From the NCBI GenBank assembly GCA_039801885.1, contig JBDRVN010000003.1, forward strand, positions 3-64,002: DNA of 64,000 bases, in the 5' to 3' direction. Position numbers and translations under genes: made by a program. Below, piece after piece: positions 9,811 through 19,347 of this stretch (the first letter of the stretch is position 1; every line of letters begins with the position of its first letter). This stretch comes from a candidate division WOR-3 bacterium. Its GTDB lineage: Bacteria; Hydrothermota; Tepidihabitantia; Tepidihabitantales; DTDR01. The notes beneath the pieces were generated by a model. The model had not been told where the DNA came from and made no database searches. It worked only from the letters and a program-made list of their open reading frames with translations.

Positions 9811-10677
9811 ATGAAAATAGGTATTCCCCGAGGTCTATACTACTATTATTATCAAGATTTTTTAATTGAGTTTTTTAAAAATCTGAAATGGGAAATTGTT
9901 TTGTCACCAGAAACAAATCAGAAAATAATTGAAGAAGGTTCCAAACTTGCTCCTTCTGAGATCTGCCTACCAGTGAAAGCTTTTTTTGGACATATAAAAT
10001 ATTTGCTGGATAAATGCGATTATCTTTTTTTAATAAGATTTGTAAAAAAATATGTGAATAAATCTCCTTTGTTTGGCTGTCCGAAATTTATTGGCTTGCC
10101 TGATTTGGTGAAAACAAGTTTTGATGATTCCTGGTTATTAGAATTGGTGATTGACGAAGATAAAAAAATTGAAGAAAAAAGTTATCTTTCTTTCTTTTCA
10201 AAATTTGGTTTTTCTAAAGAACAAATTTTAAAGGCTTATCAAAAAGCAAAAGAAAAAACTAAAAAGAAAAAAATTGAAAAAGGTGATATTTTAGTAATTG
10301 GTCATCCCTATGTTTTATTTGATAAGAGGTTAAGTTTAGATTTATTAAATATTTTAAATAATATAGGAATTAAATATATTACTAGTTGCCAATTTTATGA
10401 AGATGGTTTTGATTTTGATATAGAAAGAGAATATTCTTGGTATTTTCATCGCCATTTATTATTTTCTGCTTATTGGGCAAAAGAGAATAATATTTCTGGA
10501 ATAATTATTATTAACAATTTTCCTTGTGGGACTTCCGCGGTAATTGATGAACAAATAAAAAATATTTGTAAAGATATTAGTATGCTTCAATTAATTATTG
10601 ATGAACATACCCAAAAAGAAAGTTTTTTAACCCGTTTAGAATCCTTTTTAGATATGATTAAAATAAAAAAGAAATGA
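9811..10677 (+). CDS. HgdB/YjiM-like (2-hydroxyacyl-CoA dehydratase D-component fold, DUF2229-type) protein, paralog A
   Basis: MKIGIPRGLYYYY start, and C-terminal NFPCGTSAV...LIIDEHT, paralogous to the next ORF. Confidence 0.45.
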   Translation: MKIGIPRGLYYYYYQDFLIEFFKNLKWEIVLSPETNQKIIEEGSKLAPSEICLPVKAFFGHIKYLLDKCDYLFLIRFVKKYVNKSPLFGCPKFIGLPDLVKTSFDDSWLLELVIDEDKKIEEKSYLSFFSKFGFSKEQILKAYQKAKEKTKKKKIEKGDILVIGHPYVLFDKRLSLDLLNILNNIGIKYITSCQFYEDGFDFDIEREYSWYFHRHLLFSAYWAKENNISGIIIINNFPCGTSAVIDEQIKNICKDISMLQLIIDEHTQKESFLTRLESFLDMIKIKKK

Positions 10678-11750
10678 GAGCAACTTTTCCTTATATGGGT
10701 AATATTTATATTCCTTTATCAACCTTATTAAAAGAATTAGATATTGAGCCGGTTATTCCGCCACCGCCTGATAAAGAGACTTTGACTTTGGGAACAAGAT
10801 ATTCACCGGAATTGATGTGTATTCCATTTAAATTGACTTTGGGAAATTTAATCAAGGCATTAGAAATGGGTGCAGATACAATTATTCATTGTAGCGGCTT
10901 TTGGTCCTGTCGTTATGGTTATTATCCTTATCTTCACGGCCAAATTCTAAAACAACTTGGTTATAAATTTAATCATATTATTCTGAAGAAACAAGAATGG
11001 AAAAGTGTTTATTTTATCTTAAAAAAACTTCATAAGAGAGATTATAAAGTGATAACAAAATTTATTAAAGCAATAATAAAAGCCTATTATAAATCAAAAA
11101 TTATGGAAGAATTAGAAAGAAAGGCGATGGAAATAAGACCGAAAGAAAAGAAAAAAGGGATAACAAATAAATTTCTGAATAAATATTTAAAAAAACTTTA
11201 TGAGGAAGACAATGTCTTTAGAATGGAAGAGATTAGAAAAAAGGGAATAAAAGAATTAGCAAATTTGGTTGATAAAGAAAGAAAAAATTCTTTTATTCCC
11301 AAAATAAAGATTGTTGGCGAAGCCTTTTGTGTTGTTGAACCTTATGTTAATTTTCACATTATTGAAAAAATTGGTGAATTAGGATTGTATATTGACCCTT
11401 TTTTAACCGCTCATTCTTGGCTTGGTTTCCATTCAATAAGATTGGGAAACAATATTTATAAAAAAATTAGAAATTTAGCTGGGAAATATTGGCAATATAA
11501 TGTTGGTGGCGAAGATACTAATACAATTGGTCATAGTTTATTAGCAATAAAAAATGGATATTCTGGTGTTATTCATCTTCATCCTTTTGGTTGTATGCCT
11601 CAAACAATGGCAGGTGGAATTTTGGAAAGGATAAGTAAAGAATATAATATTCCAATATTAGATATTTCTTTGGATGAGCATACATCAGAAAATCTAATTG
11701 ATACAAGATTATCAGCCTTTTGTGAAATAATAAAAAAGAGAGGTTTGTAA
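10674..11750 (+). CDS. HgdB/YjiM-like (DUF2229-type) protein, paralog B
   Basis: HLHPFGCMPQ...NIPILDISLDEHTSENLIDTRLSAFCEII matches the C-terminal pattern of the YjiM/HgdB family. Overlaps the upstream ORF by 4 nt. Confidence 0.5.
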   Translation: MRATFPYMGNIYIPLSTLLKELDIEPVIPPPPDKETLTLGTRYSPELMCIPFKLTLGNLIKALEMGADTIIHCSGFWSCRYGYYPYLHGQILKQLGYKFNHIILKKQEWKSVYFILKKLHKRDYKVITKFIKAIIKAYYKSKIMEELERKAMEIRPKEKKKGITNKFLNKYLKKLYEEDNVFRMEEIRKKGIKELANLVDKERKNSFIPKIKIVGEAFCVVEPYVNFHIIEKIGELGLYIDPFLTAHSWLGFHSIRLGNNIYKKIRNLAGKYWQYNVGGEDTNTIGHSLLAIKNGYSGVIHLHPFGCMPQTMAGGILERISKEYNIPILDISLDEHTSENLIDTRLSAFCEIIKKRGL

Positions 11751-11765
11751 TAAATCTTAATCTTA

Positions 11766-11794
11766 TTGATTTTTATTTTATAAATTTGTATAAT
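11766..11794 (+). promoter_or_regulatory. Promoter TTGATT-17-TGTATAAT with a normal leader and GGAGGT SD before the ATG at 11823
   Basis: Read directly: ttgatt...ttgtataat...tggaggtaaaagATG. Confidence 0.4.
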
Positions 11795-11822
11795 TTAAGT
11801 TAATTTAAAATGGAGGTAAAAG

Positions 11823-14111
11823 ATGAAGAAAATATTTATTTTTTCTATAATTTTATTCTCTTTTATATTAGCCAATAATCCTTTCTTTGCTCCAACGAAT
11901 AATTTCCAAATCGGTGATGATCGAATTCCAGAAGCAATTAATATGATAATACCTTCTTCACCGGTCTCATTAGATCCAACTGAAGAAATAACTTGGCGAA
12001 TAATTGATTCTTCACCACCGCCTGGTCGTTATTGGTGTCCGGCAACTGGTGTCGTAAGAGATACTATTTATTTTTTAGGTGGCAGGGCTGATGGTGGTTA
12101 TGCTAATTCAGTTCGTTCAATTTATGCTTATGTGCCCAGTACTAATACCTGGATTAATACTGGATTGCCAACATTATTAAGAACAAGAAGAGCAGGTGCC
12201 GGTGGAGTGATTGGTAATAAAATATATGTAGCCGGTGGCAGGGATTCAACCCATACGACATTAAATACTTGTGAAGAGTTTGATGTTGACACAAAGACAG
12301 TTACGCAAAAAGCAAATATGCCAAGTGGTAGATGGGCTTGTTGCGGTGCTGTAGCGAATGATAAACTTTATGTTATCGGTGATGAGAATAGAACAGGAAC
12401 TACTTATGAATATGATCCAGTTCAAAATACTTGGACAACGAAAGCAAGTTTACCAGTTGGTAGGGGATGGGCAGCAGCAGCTGGTGCCGGTGGCAAAGTT
12501 TATGTTTGCGGAGGTTCTGATGCCTCGGGTAATGCTTTAAGCGATTGTTGGGAATTTGATCCGGTTCAAAACACTTGGACACAAAAGGCAAATATGCCTG
12601 GACCGCGAATTTATCATTCAGTAGTTTCTTATTACGATACTGTTATTTTTGTTATTGGTGGTTCAGTTACCGGTACTTCCAATGCTGATAACATTGTCTA
12701 TAAATATCATATTTCCACCAATACTTGGACAACTGAAACACCAATGAATATTCCCAGAGGTTGGTTGATGACAAATGTTTGTAACGGGAAAATTTACGCC
12801 ACTTATGGTTCAAATGCAACTACGCCTACTTATTTAAAGGCAAATGAAGAAGGAAGTTTTTTACCTCCGGCAGCAAGAGATGTTGGTATTTCAGCAATAA
12901 GAAATCCTTTAAGAATTGTTGATCCCGGTACAAATATAACTCCAATTGCCGTAGTGAAAAATTTTGGCGCTTCTTCACAATCTAATATTCCTATTTATTG
13001 TTGGATTGATTCAAGTAATGTGAGAATTTATAATCGGGATATAAATTTTCCTGGACCATTAAATCCTGGTGAAACTGCGCGAGTTTCTTTTCCTGATTGG
13101 CTTACCGGTCCAGCCGGCACTAATTATCAAATTACTATTTTTACCGCATTAGAAAACGATAGTAACCAAACAAACGATACTGCTAAACAAACTACTACTA
13201 CTTTCTTAGTAAGAGATACTTTAATTGCACCTTTTACACAAATAACACCAAATATTGATGGTAATATTCAAGAATCAGAATGGGGTGATGCTTTAAAATG
13301 GGATATTTCTGATGTTTTAAATATGCAAGGTAGCGGTCCCCGACCTGCCGGTAGTGTTTTTCTTTATGTGAAACACGATTCTAACAATGTCTATTGGGCA
13401 CTCGATTTTGTAGCAAAAACTACGCGCGATAACTATGATCAATTTGGTTGTTATTTAGATGAAAATTATAGTCGGACTTGGACAACTGATTCTTCCGAAG
13501 GTAATCATTGGTTTGTTTGGTTAAATCAGGATACGGTTATTTATCGTGCCTTGATTGGCACAGGAAATATTCCCAGTGCTTATTGGACAAGATGGGCAAG
13601 TGGTAATGGTATTTCTCGGGCAAGCACCGTTTCCGGTCATCTCCAATTTGAAGCAGTAGTTGCTAAAGGAACGCAAAAATGGAATTACACTATTAATCCG
13701 ACTAACGATACAGTTGGTTTTTATGTTTATGTTGCTGCTGGACCAACCGGAAATGATATGTGGGGAACTTGGCCAACAACAATGCCGGGTAGTAATTGGA
13801 ATAATGCTGCTACTTACGGAACTTTAATCTTTAGTTACTTAGCGGATGTAAGTGAAGAAAAAGCAATTATTTTAAAAGAAATCAAGACAAATAATATATT
13901 AAGAATTCCGCTTACGGTAAAGAATGCCAAAAGTCTATCTTTATATGATGCGACCGGAAAATTGGTAGTAAATCTACATAATAATACGGAAAAAAATCTT
14001 TATTGGAACGGAAAAGATAAAAACGGCAAATTCGTTCCTAATGGTATCTATTTCTTAAAGATAAAAACAGAAGAAAGCGAAATTACTACAAAAGCAGTAA
14101 TTCTCAGATAA
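11823..14111 (+). CDS. Secreted Kelch-repeat beta-propeller protein with T9SS C-terminal sorting domain
   Basis: Signal peptide. Repeated Kelch motifs (YFLGGRADGG, IYVAGGRDS, VYVCGGSDASG, IFVIGGS). C-terminal LSLYDATGKLV...NGIYFLKIKT...K sorting domain. Confidence 0.7.
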   Translation: MKKIFIFSIILFSFILANNPFFAPTNNFQIGDDRIPEAINMIIPSSPVSLDPTEEITWRIIDSSPPPGRYWCPATGVVRDTIYFLGGRADGGYANSVRSIYAYVPSTNTWINTGLPTLLRTRRAGAGGVIGNKIYVAGGRDSTHTTLNTCEEFDVDTKTVTQKANMPSGRWACCGAVANDKLYVIGDENRTGTTYEYDPVQNTWTTKASLPVGRGWAAAAGAGGKVYVCGGSDASGNALSDCWEFDPVQNTWTQKANMPGPRIYHSVVSYYDTVIFVIGGSVTGTSNADNIVYKYHISTNTWTTETPMNIPRGWLMTNVCNGKIYATYGSNATTPTYLKANEEGSFLPPAARDVGISAIRNPLRIVDPGTNITPIAVVKNFGASSQSNIPIYCWIDSSNVRIYNRDINFPGPLNPGETARVSFPDWLTGPAGTNYQITIFTALENDSNQTNDTAKQTTTTFLVRDTLIAPFTQITPNIDGNIQESEWGDALKWDISDVLNMQGSGPRPAGSVFLYVKHDSNNVYWALDFVAKTTRDNYDQFGCYLDENYSRTWTTDSSEGNHWFVWLNQDTVIYRALIGTGNIPSAYWTRWASGNGISRASTVSGHLQFEAVVAKGTQKWNYTINPTNDTVGFYVYVAAGPTGNDMWGTWPTTMPGSNWNNAATYGTLIFSYLADVSEEKAIILKEIKTNNILRIPLTVKNAKSLSLYDATGKLVVNLHNNTEKNLYWNGKDKNGKFVPNGIYFLKIKTEESEITTKAVILR

Positions 14112-14126
14112 TAAAATAATATAAGG

Positions 14127-14162
14127 AGAAGGCGGAAGGTAAAACTTCCGCCTTCTATTCTT
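14127..14162 (+). terminator. Rho-independent terminator hairpin (12-bp GC-rich stem AGAAGGCGGAAG/CTTCCGCCTTCT)
   Basis: Perfect 12-bp stem with a 6-nt loop immediately after the stop at 14111. The T-tract is weak (ATTCTTAT). Confidence 0.6.
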
Positions 14163-14209
14163 ATAAAAGAAAATTATCCTTGCTCTAGCAAACTATATAG
14201 GAGATGGTT

Positions 14210-14225
14210 ATAGGGATATCCCTAT
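14210..14225. promoter_or_regulatory. Perfect 16-bp palindrome ATAGGGATATCCCTAT, candidate operator upstream of the 14346 gene
   Basis: Exact inverted repeat seen in sequence, followed by a C-rich tract (ccccctcccccta) and a TATAAT-like box before the SD and ATG at 14346. Confidence 0.3.
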
Positions 14226-14345
14226 CTATATGTAAGTCTTTGATTTTTAAGGGCTTATACATATATACCCCCTCCCCCTATCATTGATTTATCTTCTTGA
14301 TTTTTATTTTTAATATCATATAATTAAGAATATGAAAAACTCTAA

Positions 14346-16070
14346 ATGGAGGTTATTATGAAAAAATATTTATTAATCTCTTTTTTATTTTTATCGTTAA
14401 TTTTTGCAAGTGAAAGAGAGCTTTCTTATATTGAAAGTTTCGCAATTCCTTGTCCTATTCCCAAACCAGAAATTGTTCCTTTACCACCAGCTAATCAAGA
14501 TTCTCCGGATTATGATACTTTAATATATGATGAAAATCTTCGCTTCACTGCTTGGGCTTGGAATGCACGTGGTAATGGTTTTGGAATGAAATTTATCTCT
14601 CCAGCCCCTGATATCCGTTTATACGGTGCTTTAGTTATGCTTTGGGATACTACTTGGCCTACTCCTGGTGGTAGAAGATTTTTAGTTAGGGTTTTAAAAG
14701 ATGACGGTCCAAACGGTGCACCGGGAACGCTTGTCTATGAATCGGATACTATTTTAGGAAATCGTGGTGCTTGGAATTTTGTTTTAATTGATACACCAAT
14801 CGTAAATAGTAATTTCTATATCTTTTATATCCAACCCGATTCTTATCCACTTTGTCCAGGCTTATGTATTGATGGCAATAGCAATGCGCCAGATAATGTT
14901 ATATGGCAATATCTAGCAGGAAGTTATTCCATTGACAAAAGAAGAGGAGAATGGATGATAAGGGCAATAATTGATTGGACGCCACAAAACAATAACTTAA
15001 TGACAACAGTTTTTGGTGGTATGCCTTTTGATACTGTTCCGAGAATTAATTTTACTTTAAGAGCAACAGTAAGAAATATTGGAACCCAAACAATTCCCAG
15101 TGGTGTACCGGTGAAATTAAGGATTGTTGGTCCGCAAGGTTATGTTTATGAAGATATTGATCAGACAACCACGACTAATTTGGCAAGAAGACAATCCCAG
15201 ACAATTACTTTTACTCCTGCTTGGCGCATTCCTGATACCAGTGGAACTTATCAAATAATTGTTTGGCACGAATTTGGCGATGACGAATGGCATTTTAATG
15301 ATACAATCAGAAGAAGTTTAGGTGTTGCCTCTTGGATTACTTATGCCGATTGGAATAATCCCAGTTATCTTACTTGGGGAAGTCCGCAAAGGGCAACAAG
15401 ATTTAATCCTGCTGATTTTAGATTAACTTATCCATTCGAAATTACCCGAATAAAACATCAATTCTATTGGCATCAACAATATCCTTGGCCCGATAGCATT
15501 TTCCAATTTAGAATTTATGCTGATGATGGCCAAACTTTATTATACGAATCAGATACCATTCGTGCTGTTTCTTATCCATTATCTATTGAACATGCCGTTG
15601 AACCACCAGTTCAAATAAATTCTGGAACATTTTATGTAGCAGTTATGCCGAGAAGCTATTCCGGTCATCCTTCAACATTGGCAGATAACCGACCTTTAGG
15701 AAAGTCTTTTTATGGTAGTCCGGGTAGTTGGGTATCTTGGACCTATGGCGAATATTTTAATGCTGTTTCAGTTAGGCAAATTACAGCGATTGAAGAGATT
15801 GATAATTCTTCTGTAGAATTTGATGTAGCAGAAATTACCAATCCGAAGAGAGAAATAAGAATTAAATGGCAGGTTCCAAAAGGTGTGTGGATAAAAGTTA
15901 GTTTAAATGATGTGACGGGCAGAGTGGTAAAATATTTCTATAAGAATGCGGAAGACACTTCCCAAAAAGGCATTATAACTTTGGATAATAAGACTCTATC
16001 AAAAGGTGTCTATCTTCTCCATTTTGAAACTCCCACCTATAAGAAAACAAAGAAAGTAGTTCTCTTTTAA
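14346..16070 (+). CDS. Secreted hypothetical protein with T9SS C-terminal sorting domain
   Basis: GGAGGT SD, signal peptide, and C-terminal KVSLNDVTGRVVKYFY...GVYLLHFETPTYKKTKKVVLF sorting-domain pattern. Confidence 0.6.
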   Translation: MEVIMKKYLLISFLFLSLIFASERELSYIESFAIPCPIPKPEIVPLPPANQDSPDYDTLIYDENLRFTAWAWNARGNGFGMKFISPAPDIRLYGALVMLWDTTWPTPGGRRFLVRVLKDDGPNGAPGTLVYESDTILGNRGAWNFVLIDTPIVNSNFYIFYIQPDSYPLCPGLCIDGNSNAPDNVIWQYLAGSYSIDKRRGEWMIRAIIDWTPQNNNLMTTVFGGMPFDTVPRINFTLRATVRNIGTQTIPSGVPVKLRIVGPQGYVYEDIDQTTTTNLARRQSQTITFTPAWRIPDTSGTYQIIVWHEFGDDEWHFNDTIRRSLGVASWITYADWNNPSYLTWGSPQRATRFNPADFRLTYPFEITRIKHQFYWHQQYPWPDSIFQFRIYADDGQTLLYESDTIRAVSYPLSIEHAVEPPVQINSGTFYVAVMPRSYSGHPSTLADNRPLGKSFYGSPGSWVSWTYGEYFNAVSVRQITAIEEIDNSSVEFDVAEITNPKREIRIKWQVPKGVWIKVSLNDVTGRVVKYFYKNAEDTSQKGIITLDNKTLSKGVYLLHFETPTYKKTKKVVLF

Positions 16071-16097
16071 TTAGATAGAAAAAAATCTCAAAAGGAT

Positions 16098-16132
16098 AGG
16101 GGAGGTAGAAAAAACCTCCCCTTTTTATTTTT
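16098..16132. terminator. Bidirectional rho-independent terminator (AGGGGAGGT/ACCTCCCCT stem) between convergent genes
   Basis: 9-bp stem with 7-nt loop, flanked by an A-tract upstream and TTTTATTTTT downstream. Confidence 0.65.
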
Positions 16133-17018
16133 AAAATCCTCGATATAATCCAATTTTTTTAGCATAATTTATAACTTCTTCATATTCTTCTTTTTTTATT
16201 CTTCTATTTAATTCTAAATAATGATTCGCTAAATAGCAGGGACGGTATTGAAGCATTATATTTACATAAGAATTTTGAGAAATCTCTTTGGCAATAAAAT
16301 CTAAGATTTCAAAAGAGCCAGCAATTTTATTAGGCAAAACTAAATGTCTTATCAACAATCCTGAATAAGCAATGCCATTGGCAATTTTTAAATCGCCAAC
16401 CTGCCGATACATTTCTTTTACTGCTTTTTTATTAATTTCCGAATATTTTTTTACCTTAGAATATTTTAAAGCATACCCGTCATTGCTATATTTCATATCC
16501 GGCATATAAATATCAACTACACCTTCTAAAATTCTTAAAATCTCTATTTTATCATAACCGCCGGAATTATACACAATTGGCAAATTAAGTCCTCTTTCCT
16601 TAGCAACAATTAAGGCTTCTAAAATTTGGAAAATTACGTGGGTAGGGCTTACTAAGTTAATATTATGGCATCCTATCTTTTGTAATCTTAACATCATTTC
16701 CGCCAGTTCTTCCGGTTTCACTTCTTTTCCTTCTACATATTGGCTAATTTCATAATTCTGACAATAAATACAATGGAGATTGCAACCGGAAAAGAAAATT
16801 GTGCCAGAGCCATTTTCACCCACCAATTCTTCTTCTTCACCAAAATGGGGTCCAAAACTACTTACAATAGCATATCGGCCGATTTGGCAATCACCTTTTT
16901 CGTTATTTAATCTTAAAGCATTACATTCTTTGGAGCAGATTTTACACGGAGAGAAAAATTTTTCTAGCTCTTTTAATTTTTCTTTTAAATTAGCTTTCAG
17001 AAATTTTGGTTGGTGCAT
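16131..17018 (-). CDS. Radical SAM protein, PflA/PflX-like activase family
   Basis: GSGTIFFSGCNLHCIYCQN carries the CxxxCxxC radical-SAM motif. Additional N-terminal Cys pairs (CKICSKEC...C). Confidence 0.7.
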   Translation of the reverse strand: MHQPKFLKANLKEKLKELEKFFSPCKICSKECNALRLNNEKGDCQIGRYAIVSSFGPHFGEEEELVGENGSGTIFFSGCNLHCIYCQNYEISQYVEGKEVKPEELAEMMLRLQKIGCHNINLVSPTHVIFQILEALIVAKERGLNLPIVYNSGGYDKIEILRILEGVVDIYMPDMKYSNDGYALKYSKVKKYSEINKKAVKEMYRQVGDLKIANGIAYSGLLIRHLVLPNKIAGSFEILDFIAKEISQNSYVNIMLQYRPCYLANHYLELNRRIKKEEYEEVINYAKKIGLYRGF

Positions 17019-18951
17019 TCTTTAAAAAATTAATGAGAAGATTAATATTGTCAGTAATTCTTACAGTTTTTGGTAAAGAATTTAGAAAATATTTACCATA
17101 AGATTTTTCTAATATTCTCTTATCTAAAATTACAATAACTCCATAATCTTCTTTACTTCTAATTAACCGACCAAATCCTTGTCGAAATTTCAAAACCGCA
17201 TTAGGTAGTTGATAATGCCAGAAGGGGTCTAAATTTTCTTCTTTTAATTTCTCTTTAATTCCTTCAATTCTTGGTTCATCGGGAACATCAAAGGGTAACC
17301 GGGTTATTATTAAACAAGAAAGAGATTCGCCAGGAACGTCTATCCCCTGCCAAAAAGAACCGGTAGCAAAAAGAGACGCGTTAATATTTTTTTGGAATTC
17401 AGATAAAAGAGAGGTAGGAGATGAATTTTCATCCTGCAATAAAATTGGATATTTTGTCTTATCACATAACTCATAAACTCTCTTTAATGCTTTGAAACTG
17501 GTGAATAAAACCAAGGTTCTGCCTTGAGCATGGTGAATAACATCGTTAATTATTTTTGCTGCTTTTTTATAAAAAAATTCTTCTTCGGTGGGTGAAGGAA
17601 TATTTTTTTCAATATAAACCAAAGCTTGTTGGGAATAATCAAAAGGTGAGGGGAAATATTTTCTATCGTATTTTTCAATTCCTAAACGAGAAGCAAAGAA
17701 ATTAAAATTTTCTTTTACTCTTAATGTAGCTGAGGTAAAAATTATTGGTATTTTTTTACTCAAAAGATTTTCTTTTATTACATCTTGGATTTCCACTAAA
17801 GCAGCATTTAAAGATATAGAGCTTTCTTGAGCAATCCAGAAAACAAAATTATCTTTTTCTCTATAGAAATTTTCAATATTTTTCATTTTCTCTTCCACTT
17901 CTTTTATCCAGGCAACAAATTCAATGACTATTTCTTTGTCATCAATTTTTCTAATATCCTCAGCTATTTTTTCTTTAAGATTCACTAATTGAATAAGAAA
18001 ATTTGGTAAAATTGATAAATCACCTTTTATTCTTTTTTTCTTTTCATTTCCAAGAAAATTTTTTATCCTTTGAAAATAATCGTTTAAATTATCAAGAAGA
18101 TAAAGAATTTCCTTTTGATATTCCTTTAATTTTTTATCTCGTAATTTTAGAATTTTTAATAAGCCGGTTTTCGTTTTAGGATTATATAATCGGAAAAGAA
18201 GACTTTTAAGATTATTTTCACTGATAGAAAACCCAAAAGAGTTAGCACAAATATCTTCTATGGAGTGGGCTTCATCAAAGATTATTGCTTGATATTCAGG
18301 TAAAATTGAATATTCTAAATTTAAATTGGCAAAAAATAAAGCATGGTTAATAATTAAAATATTGCTCCTTTTCCATTCCTCTTTGGCTATTTGATAAAAG
18401 CATTCTGAATAATAATTGCATTCTTCATTGAGACAAGCTTCCGAGGCACAAGTAATTTTTTCTTTAAGGGAGGGAGAAAGATTCTCTAAAAAATTTATTC
18501 TTATTTCTTTATTTGTGATTAACCGTTCATAAATTTGATTTAACTCTTCCTCTTTGTAAGGAAAATCAAAAATCCGGTAATTAAAAGTTTGTTTTATTCT
18601 TCTTTTACAAGGATAATTTTCCCTTCCGTAAGCTACCGTATAATGAAAATTAATATTCAATATTTCTTTTGCTAACAAGATATCGGAGGTTAAAATTTGG
18701 TTTTGTAATACTTTGGTATAAGTAGAAATCAATACTCTTTTATCATATTTGTGGGCATAAAAAATTGCCGGTAAAAGATAACCTAAAGTTTTGCCAATAC
18801 CAGTCTCGGCTTCAATAATTAAAATTTCATTATTTTCTAAAGCATTATAAATTGCCCAAGAATAATCAATCTGTTCTTTCCTTTCTTCGTATTCTTTATC
18901 AAAACGAGAAAAAACCTGCGGGATACTTTCAAATATTTTGCTAAATTTCAT
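16990..18951 (-). CDS. DinG/XPD (Rad3)-family Fe-S DNA helicase
   Basis: IIEAETGIGKTLGYLLP Walker A, DEAHSIE, FTSATL, and a four-Cys cluster (CASEACLNEECNYYSEC) between the helicase motifs. Confidence 0.75.
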   Translation of the reverse strand: MKFSKIFESIPQVFSRFDKEYEERKEQIDYSWAIYNALENNEILIIEAETGIGKTLGYLLPAIFYAHKYDKRVLISTYTKVLQNQILTSDILLAKEILNINFHYTVAYGRENYPCKRRIKQTFNYRIFDFPYKEEELNQIYERLITNKEIRINFLENLSPSLKEKITCASEACLNEECNYYSECFYQIAKEEWKRSNILIINHALFFANLNLEYSILPEYQAIIFDEAHSIEDICANSFGFSISENNLKSLLFRLYNPKTKTGLLKILKLRDKKLKEYQKEILYLLDNLNDYFQRIKNFLGNEKKKRIKGDLSILPNFLIQLVNLKEKIAEDIRKIDDKEIVIEFVAWIKEVEEKMKNIENFYREKDNFVFWIAQESSISLNAALVEIQDVIKENLLSKKIPIIFTSATLRVKENFNFFASRLGIEKYDRKYFPSPFDYSQQALVYIEKNIPSPTEEEFFYKKAAKIINDVIHHAQGRTLVLFTSFKALKRVYELCDKTKYPILLQDENSSPTSLLSEFQKNINASLFATGSFWQGIDVPGESLSCLIITRLPFDVPDEPRIEGIKEKLKEENLDPFWHYQLPNAVLKFRQGFGRLIRSKEDYGVIVILDKRILEKSYGKYFLNSLPKTVRITDNINLLINFLKNAPTKISES

Positions 18952-18957
18952 TTTTAT

Positions 18958-19347
18958 TTATTCTTTTTGAATATTTTTCTTAATCTCTTCTTTGGGCGAA
19001 GGCTGATATTTTTTTATAAACTCTTCTTCAAAATCAAAAAAATTAGCAAAATCTTCTTTTTTATCATTTTCTCTTTTCGTTAAAATTTTTGCCTCACAGA
19101 GATTAAAAACCATTTCACCTACATCGTTAGTAGATTTTATCCCCCAATACTCTAATACAGTTTTTGCTAAAATACCAAATTCCTTCTGGGCTAATTCCTT
19201 GAAACCTAAAAGTAATTCCTGGCCAGAAATATGGTTAGAAGCTTTTAATTTCTTTTTGGCGTATTCTAAGGCATCTAAAACAAAGAGATAGGCTTCTTTT
19301 TTATATTGGGGATTTTTTTGGACAATTTCATCAATTTTATCATTCAT
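18958..19347 (-). CDS. Hypothetical protein (129 aa)
   Basis: ORF in operon context. Its start overlaps the upstream gene's stop in an ATGA arrangement. No family recognised by eye. Confidence 0.4.
   Translation of the reverse strand: MNDKIDEIVQKNPQYKKEAYLFVLDALEYAKKKLKASNHISGQELLLGFKELAQKEFGILAKTVLEYWGIKSTNDVGEMVFNLCEAKILTKRENDKKEDFANFFDFEEEFIKKYQPSPKEEIKKNIQKE

Noticed and set aside
16131-17018. Radical SAM protein as a viperin-like (pVip) antiviral enzyme
   Set aside because: The Cys motif and surrounding sequence (GSGTIFFSGCNLHCIYCQN) are those of the PflA/PflX activase family, not the viperin CNYKCGFC context.
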